This document shows positions 12,150-26,905 of a stretch of 64,000 bases of DNA, piece after piece; the first letter of the stretch is position 1; each line of letters opens with the position of its first letter. A model generated the notes under the pieces. That model was not told the DNA's origin and did no database searches. It saw only the letters and a program-made list of their open reading frames with translations. A program made the translations under genes and the position numbers. Location: NCBI GenBank assembly GCA_030704615.1, contig CM060732.1:7812001-7876000 (forward strand), in the 5' to 3' direction. The stretch comes from Takakia lepidozioides (lineage: Eukaryota; Plantae; Bryophyta).

Positions 12150-15100
12150 TGGACTTTCAGTGGAGGGCACATCTGCCGCTTTTGAGCCAGTGTAGTCTGC
12201 ACTTACCCCTCTATCACCAGCTCCCTGAGCTGTATGTTGTCTTGCTCAAACATTACCAGCCCCCTGGGCTGTTCTCTACTTCACAAAACAATTACCAAGC
12301 TCCTACTAACCCATATAGGGCCACAACAAAACTATCACCTCTGGTCCACATGCCGTTTATAGGGGACCTGCTACACTGCCAATATGAAATTTACATCACA
12401 AATATTTCTCTTTTTCAGCTCCCTGAGCTGTTCTCATCTTCATACTGCGCATACCAGCTCCTGAGCTGCAACCACTCTTTCTCATCTACATCCAGCACCA
12501 TGAGCTGCCCGCTGTCCCAAGCAAAAATTCCCAGCCCACTGGGCTGCTCTCTACTCTACAAAACACACAGCCAGCTCCTGCTGGCACATACTGAACCCCC
12601 ACGAAATTTTCCGCCCCTCAGCGGGCTTTTAAAAATACCCCCACACTACATGACCCCCGGACCACTTCCACTTTTCTGCCCCACCACGAACCCGGGAGTG
12701 TTTAACACCAGTCAACATCTCAACACCCCACTAAAACACCACACATGGATATACACATATCCATGCAAGACCTACCCCCACTCATCCAACTGTGCCTTAA
12801 TATCCAATGCTCACAACTTCGTCACCAGTTGCCACTTCATGCATACATACAAGCCACTCCATTCCCCTGACATATCATTTGGGTCCAACCATACAGATCC
12901 CTCATCCTTTCACCATGCCCCCCTAACTCAAATAAATCTCCGATGTTATAAGCCCCAGCAGCCTGCACCCCCCCCAACATCAACCCCCGCCTCTGCACCA
13001 TCCATCCCTATCCCACCCACCAACACCCATTATCAAACCCACAACCCACTTCCAAAGCTCCCCCATAATGAGGCCACTCCCAAAACAACCGCACCTCGGA
13101 TACCCACAACTTGTACTCATCTTAATCCACTCCCTTTGATCAAGATTAGCCAAAACGTCCCCCACTTATATTATGATCCCTGCACACTTCCCCACACTTC
13201 ACAACCCCTAATTATCATATACAAACAACTCTACTGCCACACATTGACACACACTAACACAGCCAACCCATATATGCCCACACCCTGTCCCCCCTCAATA
13301 ACGAACAGACAATCCTCTCTTAATACGCCCCTCATGAAATTAAACAAGCAGTTTAATGCACCCCCTATATCCAGTGTATCCCAACCCTCCACTCCTTTAC
13401 AAACCCCTCTCTTTCTCATATCCCAAGTACACTCTGCCATCACCTGGCAGAGTTTTGCCTCAATCCCTGCACTACAGTATTATCACAACACCATGCTGCA
13501 ACTTCTCATTACACCCAGCAACCTCCAAATCTTACCCCGCCGTCATTCTGGCACACACACATAACGGTCATCATAAACGCACCACAAAGCCACAACCGCC
13601 ATCCATATTGGCATCACCCAGCTCCCGCCATATCCAACAACACAACGACCCTGCCCATCACAGTAAGGATCTCTGCTGCACTCCAGTGACATGCACTCCT
13701 CCGACGAGCTCTTCTTCGCTGCAGAACAAGAGTACTAGACTCGCTCCACGCAAAGTCCTCCCAAAGTAAACACTCGATGCACGCCCCATGCAGCAATCAG
13801 CAACAACATCCCCAATGGATTTGACGAAGCTTAATATACGCTCAAAGCGACAGTCGGATGCTCTCAACAGTGAAACGGACAGCAGTCACTCCGACCCCAA
13901 AAAATCAAGGGGCCTCAGCCCACCGGCTCACCCTCAAGGCATGGAAACCTCCAGTGTACCCAGTCTCCCCCAACTCTTGCTGGGATACGAAGCGTTCGAG
14001 CAGCACGCCATCGACTCGCAGCTCCCTATCATCGAAGAAGAACGATCGGGATTCGAGCTCAGGAGCCTGGGTCTTAACACCCTTGAAATGTATGAGCTGC
14101 AAAATTGCCCCAAGGCGTTCCCGCATGTCCCACAGCTTCTGTTCCCCGCAGCCAGGCCGGACGGGAAAGAAGGCCAATTCTACCCTCTCACCCAATTGCC
14201 AAGGGCACAGATTGGACCCTGCCTCCGGATCTCAGCTGCTCCCCCTCACATCTTGATACGTTTCGATTCGACAACGGACTTTGAAATGCCCAAAGAGCAA
14301 GCGCTTCTGAGACCCGCTCGCGATTTGAATCTATGAACATCCCGGTCGGAAACAGGATGTACTCACCCATTACTGCTTATTCCAAACATGGGAGCGCGAC
14401 GTGGATTGGCCTCCTCAAGGTGGAACTACTTCACCCTGCCACAGATGGCCTCGCCCTCTTAAAAGGTGACCGAGCATTTGTACTCACCATGGCCTCAGGC
14501 ATGCCCAAGCAAGGAAAGGTCGAAAAGGCATTTGACCTCTACGCGTCCACGGACCACCTATCACTGTACCTGGCAAGCGAAGTACTCCTCGGGACAATCG
14601 GCAGCAAGCTCACCATACACCTGATCACAGAAACATACCTACATAACGACGAATTCGAAATTATGCATATCGCCAAGACAGGTCCTAACACAAAATTGTG
14701 TTTCATCTACCTAGCTACCGAGAACACCAAAACAAGAATGCTCGCCCACGTAGTACGGATCAAGCATATGCTCATCAAGCCTCAACTCCGCACAAGACGC
14801 ACAAGTGTGACCGGCATTGCCGCAACACCACAGGAAATCTCTGCGGGGAGAGATGCCCTCACCCTAGTGGTGAAAAATCTCAACCCATTGCACCCACAAG
14901 CAGAGACAGAAGGAGCAATTCGCAACCTGATGGGCACAGACAACATCGTAAGCCGGCACTTCCCAAGATTGCCAGAACGGAGAAAATCCGCCACAATGGT
15001 ATGATCATTATCACCTGCAAAAACCCGAGCATATATACTCAGTGCAGCAACCGACCCCCCACCCTTGTAATTGACAGGCTAGTTCGTTTTGAGCCGCACA

Positions 15101-17311
15101 CTCGTAGCTTGAATGGCTCGGAGCCACCTGCGGTCCGAATTCTTGAAAGGTTCGAGTGGCCAACATTAATCAGGCTCTGGCAGACCCATCAACTCGATCA
15201 TCATCAAACCAGAAACAAAGTCCAAAGGAGGCCATGACTCTATGCTGACGGAGATTGACAGGAGGCTCGCCGCCCATGCTATCTCAATTAAATCTGCATC
15301 AAGCAAGACCTTGAAGCTATGGAGACCAGGGTTGCCATCACCATGACTGCCCAGCAGATTCGCACCGTGACTACCTAGTAAAGCTACAAGACTCTTTACC
15401 AAGAAACATGGCAGCCAACTTGGCCAGCTTCTACGAACACGGCCAACAAATTCTTGAGCAACTGCCACTACCCACCCACCCCAGGCCTCCCCTCTCATGC
15501 GACAGGGCTTCAAGCCCTTTGTAATGCCGCAACTACTTCCGTCAACGCCAACAAGTCCATGATGATTGTCGAACTGCCACCGATCACCCCCCCCCCCGTT
15601 GATGCTGCTGGCATCATCAAAGGATGACCCCGGCCTGCTGATGGCGCGGCCCATCGCAGCACCATACAAGTCGCCCACAACCCAGCACTCTAACAGCAAC
15701 TGATGCATAATCCAGCTGCGAAGACGCACAGCTGCCAAGGCCCTCGCGTCCTCTCTCCAAGGCCACTGCTTTATTGTTCACTATAAATCTCTATACTCTC
15801 AATACTGGCCCATTGCCAAAGCTATTTTGTTTTCTCCCCATCTTCTAATCAGAAATCTGTCTTCACTCTCCCTATCACCTCTCTCTGTGTCTACCCACTC
15901 TCTCCCACTATCCTACAATATACTGACCACCTGCGACCCCTCTCTCACTATTACTATGCCCACTCCGCGCTCCAAGATCTGCACTGTATGCACACACTGC
16001 ACTACGATTCACTATCTTACAAGCACCTCATACTCCAGCCCCCCCTAACGCACATCCCATCTCTCCCTGCTCGTACCCAGATGCCCCTCCACCCCGCGCC
16101 CACACGTTGGCGGCGCCCCTACTACAGACACGTCCCGCCTCCAATTCAAATCATAACCCATACCACCCCTCGTCATTCATTATATAAATTTCAATTTCAT
16201 CCATACATCTTCCTATTCATCCATCTCTAGACAAAACAATTATTCATCCCTCGTCACCTCCATACCTCAGAGACCTCATCTACGCTGTCGGCCACCCCCC
16301 TTCCTACCCACCCATGTCCCATACGTTCATCCCGCCACACCCCTATAACCCGCGCTGTCTAACCCCTCACGGTAGAAATGAGAAGGAATGCATGGGACTT
16401 TTGGGTCTGGCTATGGGTCATTGTCATAAGTCCTTACAGCACATTCATTCATCCCCCCCCCACCCAATACCCCCCGCCCCCACTGCCCCATGGCCATCTC
16501 CCTCCCCCACTCCCCACAACTCCCTATTCACGGATATCACGGATTACCATTTGCACATACCTATCCCATGACGGACATCCATGCAACCCAATCCCCCTCC
16601 TTTATGCCCCCCCCCCCCCCCTATCACCCCGCCACCAGCTCCACCATCACGCACACCAACTTTCACATAGCCCCCCCGCCCACGCCCGCACCCCACCCCA
16701 CCCCCCCCCCCCCCCCCCCCCCCCCCCCCGCCCCGACCGCACAACCACCGCTTACCCCCTCTCCACGACAGCATATGATATCCCACCCCCTCCTCATAAC
16801 GCACTGCCCCCACGACCGATATAAACTACAATCCTCACCGTCTAAACACTCCCTATATCATCCCCCGTCACACCAGGCTCAAGCTACACTTGCATGCGAA
16901 ACCCTTCTCCTCCTGAGATGTGGGGACATACATCCCAACCCTGGCCCAGATGATATCACCAGCCTTGTTGATACACTTCCTATAGACTCTCAAGAACGTT
17001 ACACCCTATACTTTCAGACAAACACGGTCTCCTTTACGCCTGCATATCAACACATATATGAACACTTCAAGCCCTTCATTGCTCCTCCTTCTCCAACCAA
17101 ACCACATCATACACACCCATTACCACCTTTGGCCTCCCAATAAGCGAACACACCCCGCACTAGTCCACACAGCACATAAACTTCATCAATACCCCACGCA
17201 ACACCTATTATTCTCCCTAATCATTAACATCTCCCCACTCCCAACCATATGCAATGACTACCTCATGACCCACCCGGATACGCAGGTCGGTGCCCTTTTG
17301 CACAAGCTACA
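12150..17311 (+). mobile_element. LINE-like element copy 2 (ORF1 about 13560-15740; start of ORF2 with 2A-like peptide), truncated by the CACTA insertion
   Basis: Homologous to 6600-10020; LLLLRCGDIHPNPGP at 16904-16948; left boundary approximate. Confidence 0.55.
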
Positions 17312-18237
17312 CACTACAAGAAAATGGGGGCCTTTGCGACGCCCGGGCCACGCCGCAACGTTGGGAAAACGCCCATTTCGGGGGTCGCAAAAATGTGACA
17401 TATAGGGGTTGCGAGCCCCCCCCAACTCCCACGACTGTCGGACGCCGCTTTTCGGGCCGTCCGCGCCGATGGCAGAGGCCTCCTGCAAGCGACGTCTCCC
17501 CGTCGCTGCCCCTCCAGCCGACGGCACTGGTTGGGGCGACGGCGCGGCGTCGCATCCCCTTTTTTTCCTAACGTGCCCGGAGTCCCATCCTAAAACCCTA
17601 AAACACGTGGCGTAAGCCGGGTGGTACGCCAAGCGACGCCAGTGCGTGGCTGCAAGCGACTATTGGGCGTGGCAAAAAAAAAACAGCAAAGAGCAGGAGT
17701 CGGGCTCCGCATGCCCGGGCGTGGGTTTTCGCGACGCTATGGCGTCGCTTTCTTTATATTTAATCAAAAAATAAAAGACGTGGCGCAGGCAGGGTGGCGG
17801 GCTCCGCGACGCCCTGGTGTCGCGGCTCGCGCAATCCCGGACCAAAAAAACACATCGCAGGGGGTGTCGGGCATTGCCGCCCGCAAATGGGATTTGCGAC
17901 GCCCAACCGTCGCGGCTCGCGACCCCCCACCCAAAAAACACGTCGCCAATTACAACGTCCTGCAATCGTGAGGCCAACCGGTGGGGGGGGGGGTTTTGAT
18001 TTTGGGGGTGAGTTGGGGGTGGTTTTTGTTTTTTGCCTGTTTTTGTTTTTGGGGATGGGAGACCTTACAGCTTCCATTTCTCTGATTTAGCAGGTACACA
18101 CATTGAGCAAGCATGAATCGAGGGTGAGGACGGTGCGACACATGAATAAGATGGAAGATGGAAAGATGGAAATATGTTTACAGGAAATGAGCTGAAAAGC
18201 TCACAAGGGTTCAGTAGGCTGACCCTGGGACCTAGGA

Positions 18238-19322
18238 CTAGTCATCCTTATCCTCATCCTCAGTGGAGGACTCAGAGCTATCCGATGAGCCTAATGACTC
18301 CGCGCCCTTTGCCAGAGCACCTAAAGGAGGCGGCGTTCCCCTAAGTCCCACAGAGCTCTCATCCAATCCCTGGCCATGACCCCCGACCTCATCCATACTA
18401 GTGCCCTGTAGTGCCCTCATCCCCTCCGTGTTGGCCATGTTCTTCATGAGGGATTGCCAACCATGCTCCTTGGCGTAGTTGTACTCTACCGGAGATGGCT
18501 TCCTCTCAAACGCGCGTTGCTACACATGCCACAAATTAAAGTCAGTTCTTCACGATGATGGAGCCAGAAAGAAGACATAACAAAATATATAGGGAAGTAC
18601 GACTTACAAATCGCAAGATAAAACCCTTGGATCCGCCGGTGCCCCACTTGTGTGTGGATTCGTGATTGTCAAGGTGGACTGTTGTTGCTTTGCGTGCCCG
18701 CTCAAAATTGGCCTTGTTTGCCACATCATTCTCTCCCGCAATGAGTGCATCCCATGATCCCCCCCCCCAACAATTAGTGAATTACACACATATGTTGCAT
18801 CGAATCCACCTCATTAATGCACATGCGACAAATGGAAGGTGAAATGATTCAGGATTTGCAACCTGTGTAATTCCATAAGCTGGTTTGGGTATGGCCCCCT
18901 TTTCCATTGCCCTCCGAATTATCTGTCTGGCACGGTACCTCCTGTCCTTCAAGTTTCGCCCCACCATCTCCATCACCCTTGTGTCACTCCAATTGGCCGG
19001 AAACCAGCGGTCTAACTCACGGGCATACGCCCGCTTCGTGCCAAAGTGTTGATCAGCCCACTCAATGTGCAAAGGGAACCACCTCATTGCGAGTTCAAAG
19101 GCTGGCTTCTTCATAGCCTCCCAGAACGCACGGCAGGGGTCACCATGGTGATTCACCTCCACCGGTGGCACCACGATCTTTGCCAACTCCACGTCCTCTA
19201 TTGCCAAGGCCATGTTCTTCTTCCCACCCTCACCCTCTCCTTCTTTGTAGCCTCCTTCCCCTGCTCCTTTGTTACCCCACTGCCCTCCCCCGCATGCACA
19301 CTCACCCCTTCCTCTCCATGGG

Positions 19323-19353
<31 letters not shown>

Positions 19354-20460
19354 CTTTTCCTCCCCCTTCTCCACGACCATCTCTTTCCCCTTCCCCGCTA
19401 CTTCCTCTCTCTCCTCGGCAGCCCCTTCATTGATGGTAAAAGGGATCTTGGGAGGTCGAGGCCTCTTCTTCTTACCTTTGGTGTTCGGGTCCTTCATGAA
19501 CACCACGTGCTCTCCCTCATTGGCAACCCCACCAGACTGCACCAATGAGGCCAGCCATGTTGCTGCCTCCTGAAGACAAATAACCCCTCCAAATTCAAAA
19601 AAAGAAACAAACAACAAAGAAAATCATGCATGCAAAGGAAAGGACAAAACATGGAACAAGGTGCGACAGTTGTACCTTTGCAAGCTTGTCCGACTCGCCC
19701 CCGGTGTCACCCGATGTGGCAGGAGTCCCCGTTGCCGGATGCGCCCACGCTATCCCCTCCCGGAGTGCCACTAGAAGTAGATTCCAGATGTGGAGCATAG
19801 CCGGCGGCGGCGCCCCGTAGTCCAGGCCCTTCTTTGCTGACCGCTCAGGCTGAGGGGGTGGCGTCGCTGATCGGCTAGGCCGCTCCAACCGGCCCATACC
19901 TCCTCCTCCCCCCCCCCCCCCCAATGCGTAGCAGGGTAGAAGCCCTCACCCGGCTTGACTACTTCGAGGCGCTTCGCTATCTCGGCCACTTCATTGGCCC
20001 TCCTCGTCTCCTCCTCCCTCATCGACACATTGGGCTAGCAACGACCACTTTCAAAGGCCCTTGAACCTGATGTTGGGCCTTGGCAAGTGCAACCTTTGCT
20101 GTGGAGGAAGGGGTCGCTATGGGGGTGACATCCAAAGGTTGCCCATACCGGGCCCCCGAACGGGTGATGTGCTTGCCAAGGTACATTTCACCCGTCTTGG
20201 TGGCCGGGGGTGTGCTCAACTGAGCATCCGGCTCAGCAACAACCTCCCGAATAGGAGAGCTGGCTGAGCCGGCCCTGGCGCATCCAAGATGTGGACAAGA
20301 GGGGGGTACTGGCCTCGGGGGCAGACGAGCCCTCCGGCTGCGGCTATCGACGGGGCTGGTAAACCGTGAGACGCCCTAGCGCGTCACACGTGCCGGCAGA
20401 GCAAACGGATTGTCCGCCCCTTTCTTTGGGGCAGGGGACTTCTTCTCTTTCCCCATAAGT
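18238..20460 (-). pseudogene. Spliced CACTA accessory gene (TnpA/Ptta-like)
   Basis: Multi-exon minus-strand ORFs (..ELAMRWFPLHIEWADQ..NLKDRRYRARQ; HKWGTGG) with an acidic Ser-rich tail and poly-Lys from (CTT)n. Confidence 0.5.
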
Positions 20461-20705
20461 TGGCACCTGTCATGCAAACCCACAAGCTGGCCTCATTAGG
20501 AAACAACCTCTACATTCCAGATCAAAAACAAAAAAAACCAAGCATGTCGGGGGCTGAGAGCAGCAAGTGCTCGGGGTCTCGAGAGGGGGCAACAAAGAGA
20601 AAAGAAAAAGGTGGGGGGGGGGGGAGTGGCTGAGCAGCAACAGCAGCTGTTGAGCACCACGGGCTCAGTCACTCCCCCCCCTCCCATTTTTTTTTTTTTT
20701 TTTGT

Positions 20706-23700
20706 TTCCCTCTCTCTCCCTCTGGAAACTGGGCTTATGGAATTGTTGTCCCAACTTCCATCTTTGAGGAAATTGAAAAAAATTGAAAAATTGGGTTGCA
20801 GGGAATTTTGGATGTTTTTCATCCAAAATACAAATTTTTTCCCTAGTGAAATATTTCTTCACTAAATACCTGTGAGTTGCAAAACTCCTGTCAGTTTCTA
20901 CTTTTTCAATCCAACCTGGATGAAAAAAAGACTTCATCTGACACGACCTAAATACGGGGCAAGACAGGTATAAACCCCCGATGTTTTTCATCTAACCTAG
21001 ATGAAATACGGACTACATCCGTTGAGTGCAAGACATGATGAACGCACAATGTCTTTCATCTTCCGCGAATGAGAAACGGATAAAGTCCGTCGGGCGTACA
21101 GCGGATGTTTTTCATCCTGAGAAGGATGAATGGCAGGCCAGACAGGGGAAAACCTTGCGCAACCCTAATATCTTTCTTTTTGCGCTGCGAGAGCGCGTGC
21201 GATGGCGGCTTGGGAGGAGCGATGGTGCTCGTGCTGCAGATACCTTGAGCTGCCAATCCTTGAGTGTTTATGGCTCCTGTGAGCACCGCCTAGGCAGGCT
21301 CTTTAAGGCGATGGCGGTGGCTTAGAGATGAGGGAAGATTCACTGTCTCAGTTGTCTGTTTTTTTGTTGCACAAGGGAACCGCGGCAGTGATGGCGGAGG
21401 TACCACCTGCTTGCTTATGACGTTTCCCTAGCAGAATGGTGGCGTCTTGGTAGAACAAGGAAGTCTCTCTCCCTCCCTTTATAAACCCTACATTTTGAGA
21501 CCAAGCTCTTTTTTCTTGTGCTTGGCAAGACTTTGCTTTGGTTAAGGTAGCAGTGCGGTGGTGCTGGCGGAGTCCTCCCTGCACGGTTAGGCTTGTGAAG
21601 AGATGGTGACTCTCCCCCAGACAGTAAAAAAAAGGTTCTTTTTCTGTTTGTTTTGCTTCCTTGCTTTCTTTTGCATTCTCTGCGCTTAGATTGAAGTGTA
21701 TTTGACCTCGATAACAAGTGTGGAAGCCTGTTACTCACCTCGTGCATCCTCACTAACTCACAATGCGTTGTGGTTGTTTTTGGGACGGGCACAGGTGAGG
21801 GCTTCCACTTAATATTCTGATGTCTAGGTGATGTTGGATGCCAAGTGGGATTGCAGAGCAGGGGAAGGAATCGCTTGCCAGGGACTCATCTTAAAATGTT
21901 GAAAAACTAAACTACTCTATGGTTTTTCTTGATCTTACCTCTTTCCTTCCTTTATTTTTGAAGAACAAGTGTAATGCTTTCTACGATGGGCTATTTTCGG
22001 CCCGGCCAGTGGAAGACCTCTGCTTTGTTGTGACAACTGGGTTTATGATGGCTTGTGTGAGAGACACCATCTGTTTTCCAGGCACTAGTTCGCTTTGCTT
22101 TCCTTATGGTAGTTGGAAACAATTTGAGAGGCTGCAAGGAACTGTTTGTTGCAGCTATTCGGGTACCCATGTTGGTCCCTGTTATGTTCCAACCCGGATG
22201 GCTTTGTTAGCTAGATGCTTAGGCCAGGGTATGGTGAAGATTCTGCCTGTGGATATTCGGCTGACAATGAAATATGGCAGCAATATATAACTGGTAATTG
22301 GTTTGTACTGACAGTATCATATACTGTCACAGGATGTGTATGCAGTCCTTTATCTTTACCTTGCTGTGTCATTTGATTTTCAGCTCTAGCAAGAAATAAC
22401 GGTATAGGGGTAGTATGGAAAACTTACCAGACATATCCACCTCCCCTGTGGGGGCAAGCTGTGTTGCAGACCAGTCTAAACAAATACTGGCAGGGCAAGG
22501 TATTTAAAATCTGTGATGTCCAAGTGTTCTTTTTGTTCTCTCTGATTTCTTAAAAAAACCCTCCATGACACCCATGGGGTTTGAATAAGTATGCTTGGAT
22601 TACAGCTTGCGGACAGTAAATCTGTATGACCATTTGACCTGCAACACATCAAGGCCAAAATATGGCCAAGTACCCGCCATCCCACCCAGACCTCTGAATG
22701 TATATCCTGATCATGACTGGTGGTCAATCAGCATCAGTGGCATACTCTTTGGGTTATGAATAATACTGACATGAACACATTACTGTGCATGGATGTAATT
22801 CTAGATTTTCTAAGCCTGATGATTGATGGATGGTGCCACTGTTAAATGGCTGATATGTCTGATTATTCTTCTTATTCATGACAACAACCCTAGGGGTCCT
22901 GTCTTTGTCTTGACATGACAAAAAATATCTTCCTTCTCTCACTGTCCAGTATGCTTGGTGGTTTCTGCATACACTATCCATTGATTACCATGTTGATTTT
23001 CCAGCCTTTGTGCAGAACCCCACCAAGATCACTCCAGAATAGATTGATGAGCTGCAGACCTTGGGGTACTAGCTCCGGCTGCTTCCTCCAATCCCTGTTA
23101 TTCAAGCTATACAACCATGGTTCATACCAGGTATGTTTTTTTCCAGCAGACCAATGGTTTGGGCATGGAGAATAGATAAGCACAGGGCATAACAAACTTA
23201 TGAATGATAATATTATGAGCTAGGCCCTGGTAAGACAGTATACTCGAGTATATGTACACACCTTCTACATGATCTGATCACTGTACATTACTCTTACTAA
23301 CTATCCCCTGTAGCCAATGCCTTATATCAATATTTAGTTTGTCTTCGGCTCAAATGCTTTTTGGCTTCTCCTGGATGTGGCTTTGCTCTTAGTAGCACCA
23401 CATAAACAGACCCTGATATCATGAGCTAGGCCTTGGTAAGACAGTATACTGGAGCATATGTACACACCTTCTACATGATCTGGTCACTGTACATCGTTCT
23501 TGCTAACTGATCCCCTGTAGCCAATGCCTTATGTCAGAATTTCGTTGGTCTTTGGCTCACATGCTTTTTGGCTTCTCCTGGATGTTACTTCGCTCTTTGT
23601 AGCACCACACAAAAATGTCGGCGCTTGGGTGTGATTTTTGACAATCTAAATATGGTGTGTCCTTTTCCTTGAAAGCAGATATGCTTGTGATGGTGGAGTT

Positions 23701-26395
23701 CACAAAAAACTAGAGTAAGTAAATACCATGGTTTCTTACACCTGTGATTTCTTCTATAACTAGTTCCTTTTGGGGTCTATGCTTAGTACATACCCCAGCA
23801 ATATGCTCGATTTCATCTGCTTGTTCTGATTACCCAGCTTGAATAAGGGATAGCTTGATAATCCTCTATGGTACACCTTCCGAAGGATTTGCCAATGAGC
23901 AGGGAGAGGTTACCCTTTTGGAGAAGGAGTCTGGTATGCACTCCCTTACGGGGTGAGCGCATACCACACTCACTCCGTAAGGGCCTGCCATACCAGGGGC
24001 TGGATGGTGGGATTCCCTCTCTCTCCCTCTGGAAACTGGGTTTATGGAATTGTTGTCCTGACTTCCATCTTTCAAAATTTTGAAAAAATTGAAAAATTGG
24101 GTTGCAGGGAATTTTGGATGTTTTTCATCCAAAATACATTTTTTTCCCCTAGTGAAACATTTCTTCACTAATACCTGTGAGGTTTTTTGCTTCATCCGAA
24201 CAATCAACCCGGAATATACTGCTTGTAAAACTCTCGTCAGTTTTTATTTTTTCAATCCAACCTAGATGAAAAAATGACTTCATCTGACATGACCTAAATA
24301 CGGGGCAAGACAGGTATAAAAAAGTTTTTAAAAAAACCCCCCGATGTTTTTCATCTAACCTAGATGAAAAGCGGACTACATCCGTCGAGTTCAAGACAAG
24401 ATGAACGCACAATGTCTTTCATCTTCCGCGAATGAGAAACGAACAACGTCCGTCGGGCATACAGACTGGCAGATGTTTTTCATCTTGAGAATGATGAATG
24501 ACGGGCCAGACAGGGGAAAACCCTGCACAACCCTAATGTCTTTCTTTTTGCACTGCAAGAGCGCGCGCGATGGCGGCTTGGGAGGAGCGATGGTGCTTGT
24601 GCTGCAGATACCATGAGCTGCCAATCTTTGAGTGTTTTATGGCTCCTGTGGGCGCCGCCTATGTGGGCTCTTTAAGACGATGGCGGTGGCTTAGAGATGA
24701 GGGAAGATTCACTGTCTCATTTGTCCGTTTTTTTGCTGCACAAGGGAACCACGGCAGTGATGGCGGAGGTACCACCTGCTAGATTATGAAGTTTACTAGG
24801 AGCCCTCCTCTGGATCTTTGATGAATGGCGGCGAACAAGGAAGTCTCTCTCCCTCCCTTTATAAACCCTACCTTTTGAGACCAAGATCTTTTTTCTTGTG
24901 CTTGGAAGACTTTGCTTTGTTTAAGGTAGCAGTGTTGTGGTGCTGGCGGAGACCTCCTTGCACAGTTAGGCTTGTGGAGAGATGGCGACTCTCCCCCAAA
25001 GAGTAGAAAAAAGGTTCTTTTTTTTGTTTGTCTTGCTTCCCTGCTTTCTTTGGCATTCTCTGCTCTTAGATTGAAGTGTATTTGACCTCGATAGCAAGTG
25101 TGGAAGCCTGTTACTCACCTCGTGCATCCTCACTAACTCACAATGCGTTGTGGTTGTTTTTGGGACGGGCACAGGTGAGGGCTTCCACTTAATATTCTGA
25201 TGTCTAGGTGCTGCTGGATGCCAAGTGGGAATGCAGAGCAGGGGAAGGAATCGCTTGCCAGGGACTCATCTTAAAATTTGAAAAACTAAACTACTCTATG
25301 GTTTTTCTTGATCTTACCTCTTTCCTTCCTTTATTTTTGAAGAACAAGTATAATGCTTTCTACGATGGGCTATTTTCGGCCCAGCCAGTGGAAGACCTCT
25401 GTTTCGTTGTGATAGCCACGTTTATGATGGCTTGTGTGTGAGACACACATCTGTTTTCCAGGCCCTAGTTTGCTTTGCTTACCTTATGGTAGTTGGAAAC
25501 AATTTGAGAGGCTGCAAGAAACTGTTTGTTGCAGCTATTTGGGTACCCATGTTGGTCCCTGTTATGTTCCAACCCGGATGGCTTTGTTAGCTAGATGCTT
25601 AGGCCAGGGTAAGGTGAAGATTCTGCCTGTGGATATTCGGCTAACAATGAAATATGGCAGCAATATATAATTGGTAACTAGTTTTTGAGGCAGCCAGGGT
25701 GGTCAAGTGGAAATACCCCATGAACATGGTGTAATGACATGGTCAAATGTGGAATGATGTGAATAGGGTGTATTGACAGTATTATATACTATCACATGAT
25801 ATGTATGCAGTCCTTTATCTTTACCTTGCTGGGTCATGAACTTCGATTTTCAGCTGTAGCAAGAAATAAAAGTATAGGGGTATTCTGGAAAACTTACCAG
25901 ACATATCCACCTCCCCTGTGGGGGCAAGCTGTGCTGCAGACCAGTCTAAACAAATACTGGCAGGGCAAGGTATTTAAATCTGTGATATCCAAGTATTCCT
26001 TTCTTTCTTTAAGAAAACCCTCCATGACACCCATGGGGTTTGAATAAGTATGCTTGGATTACAGCTTACAGACAGTAAATCTGTATGATTATTTGACCTG
26101 CACCACATCAAGGCCAAAATATGGCCAAGTACCCGCCATCCCACCCAGACCTCTGAATGTGTATCATGATCATGAATGATGGTTAATCCGCATCAGTGGC
26201 ATACTCTTTGGGTTATGAATAATACTGACATGAACACATTACTGTGCATGGATGTAATTCTAGATTTTCTAAGCCTGATGATTGATGGATGGTGCCACTG
26301 TTAAGTGGCTGATATGTCTGATTATTCTTCTTATTCATGACAACGACCCTAGGGTCCTGTCTTTGTCTTGACATAACAAAAAGTATCTTCCCTCT
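20706..26395. repeat. Direct duplication of a roughly 2.2-2.4 kb block (20706-22935 and 24014-26395)
   Basis: Colinear near-identical sequence from CCCTCTCTCTCCCTCTGGAAACTGGG to TGTCTTGACAT. Confidence 0.9.
23214..23610. repeat. Tandem duplication of about 205 bp
   Basis: ATGAGCTAGGCC(C/T)TGGTAAGACAGTATACT..GTAGCACCACA occurs twice. Confidence 0.85.
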
Positions 26396-26467
26396 CTTCT
26401 GTGCTACTCTCTTTCAAGCTCCCGACGAGATAAATTCAAGGTCAGATGGTGGGTTCAGCTGCAACAT

Positions 26468-26905
26468 ATGTCCAACACCAGATATCCTAAGTTACTTGAC
26501 TCTATATCTTGGAAACAGGACCGCCCTTTCAAACAGGGTAAGCCCTGGGAGAAGAGAGTAGAAGAGATTCTCAAGGATCTGAATCTGGACCCGCAAGTCT
26601 TGACCTTGCTGGATAAACCTGACTTAGAGAGTGTAGTGTCCAAAGTCATGTCTGTTACCAGAAAATTGTCCAATGAAAATGAAGTTAGGAAGAAAACTTC
26701 CCTAAACTTTTTTCCAGTCTGTGACATGGGGGAGGACATCATGGATGCGCTCAAGGGTCTATCCCACTCTTGGCACCAGACTGAAATTTAAACTCAGGGC
26801 AGGAAGCCTACCTTTGAACAGTAAACAAAAGCAGAGAGGAAATGGAGAGTGCAATTGCCCGTTGTGTGGGCAACCTGAAGACAGTATTCATTTTTTGATG
26901 TCCGG
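26468..26905 (+). pseudogene. C-terminal fragment of a non-LTR retrotransposon ORF2
   Basis: FKLRAGSLPLN..CPLCGQPEDSIHFL zinc-knuckle tail typical of LINE ORF2. Confidence 0.65.

Noticed and set aside
12149-13564. 471-aa ORF
   Set aside because: Pro/His/Thr-rich product of a C/A-biased strand with no domain signal
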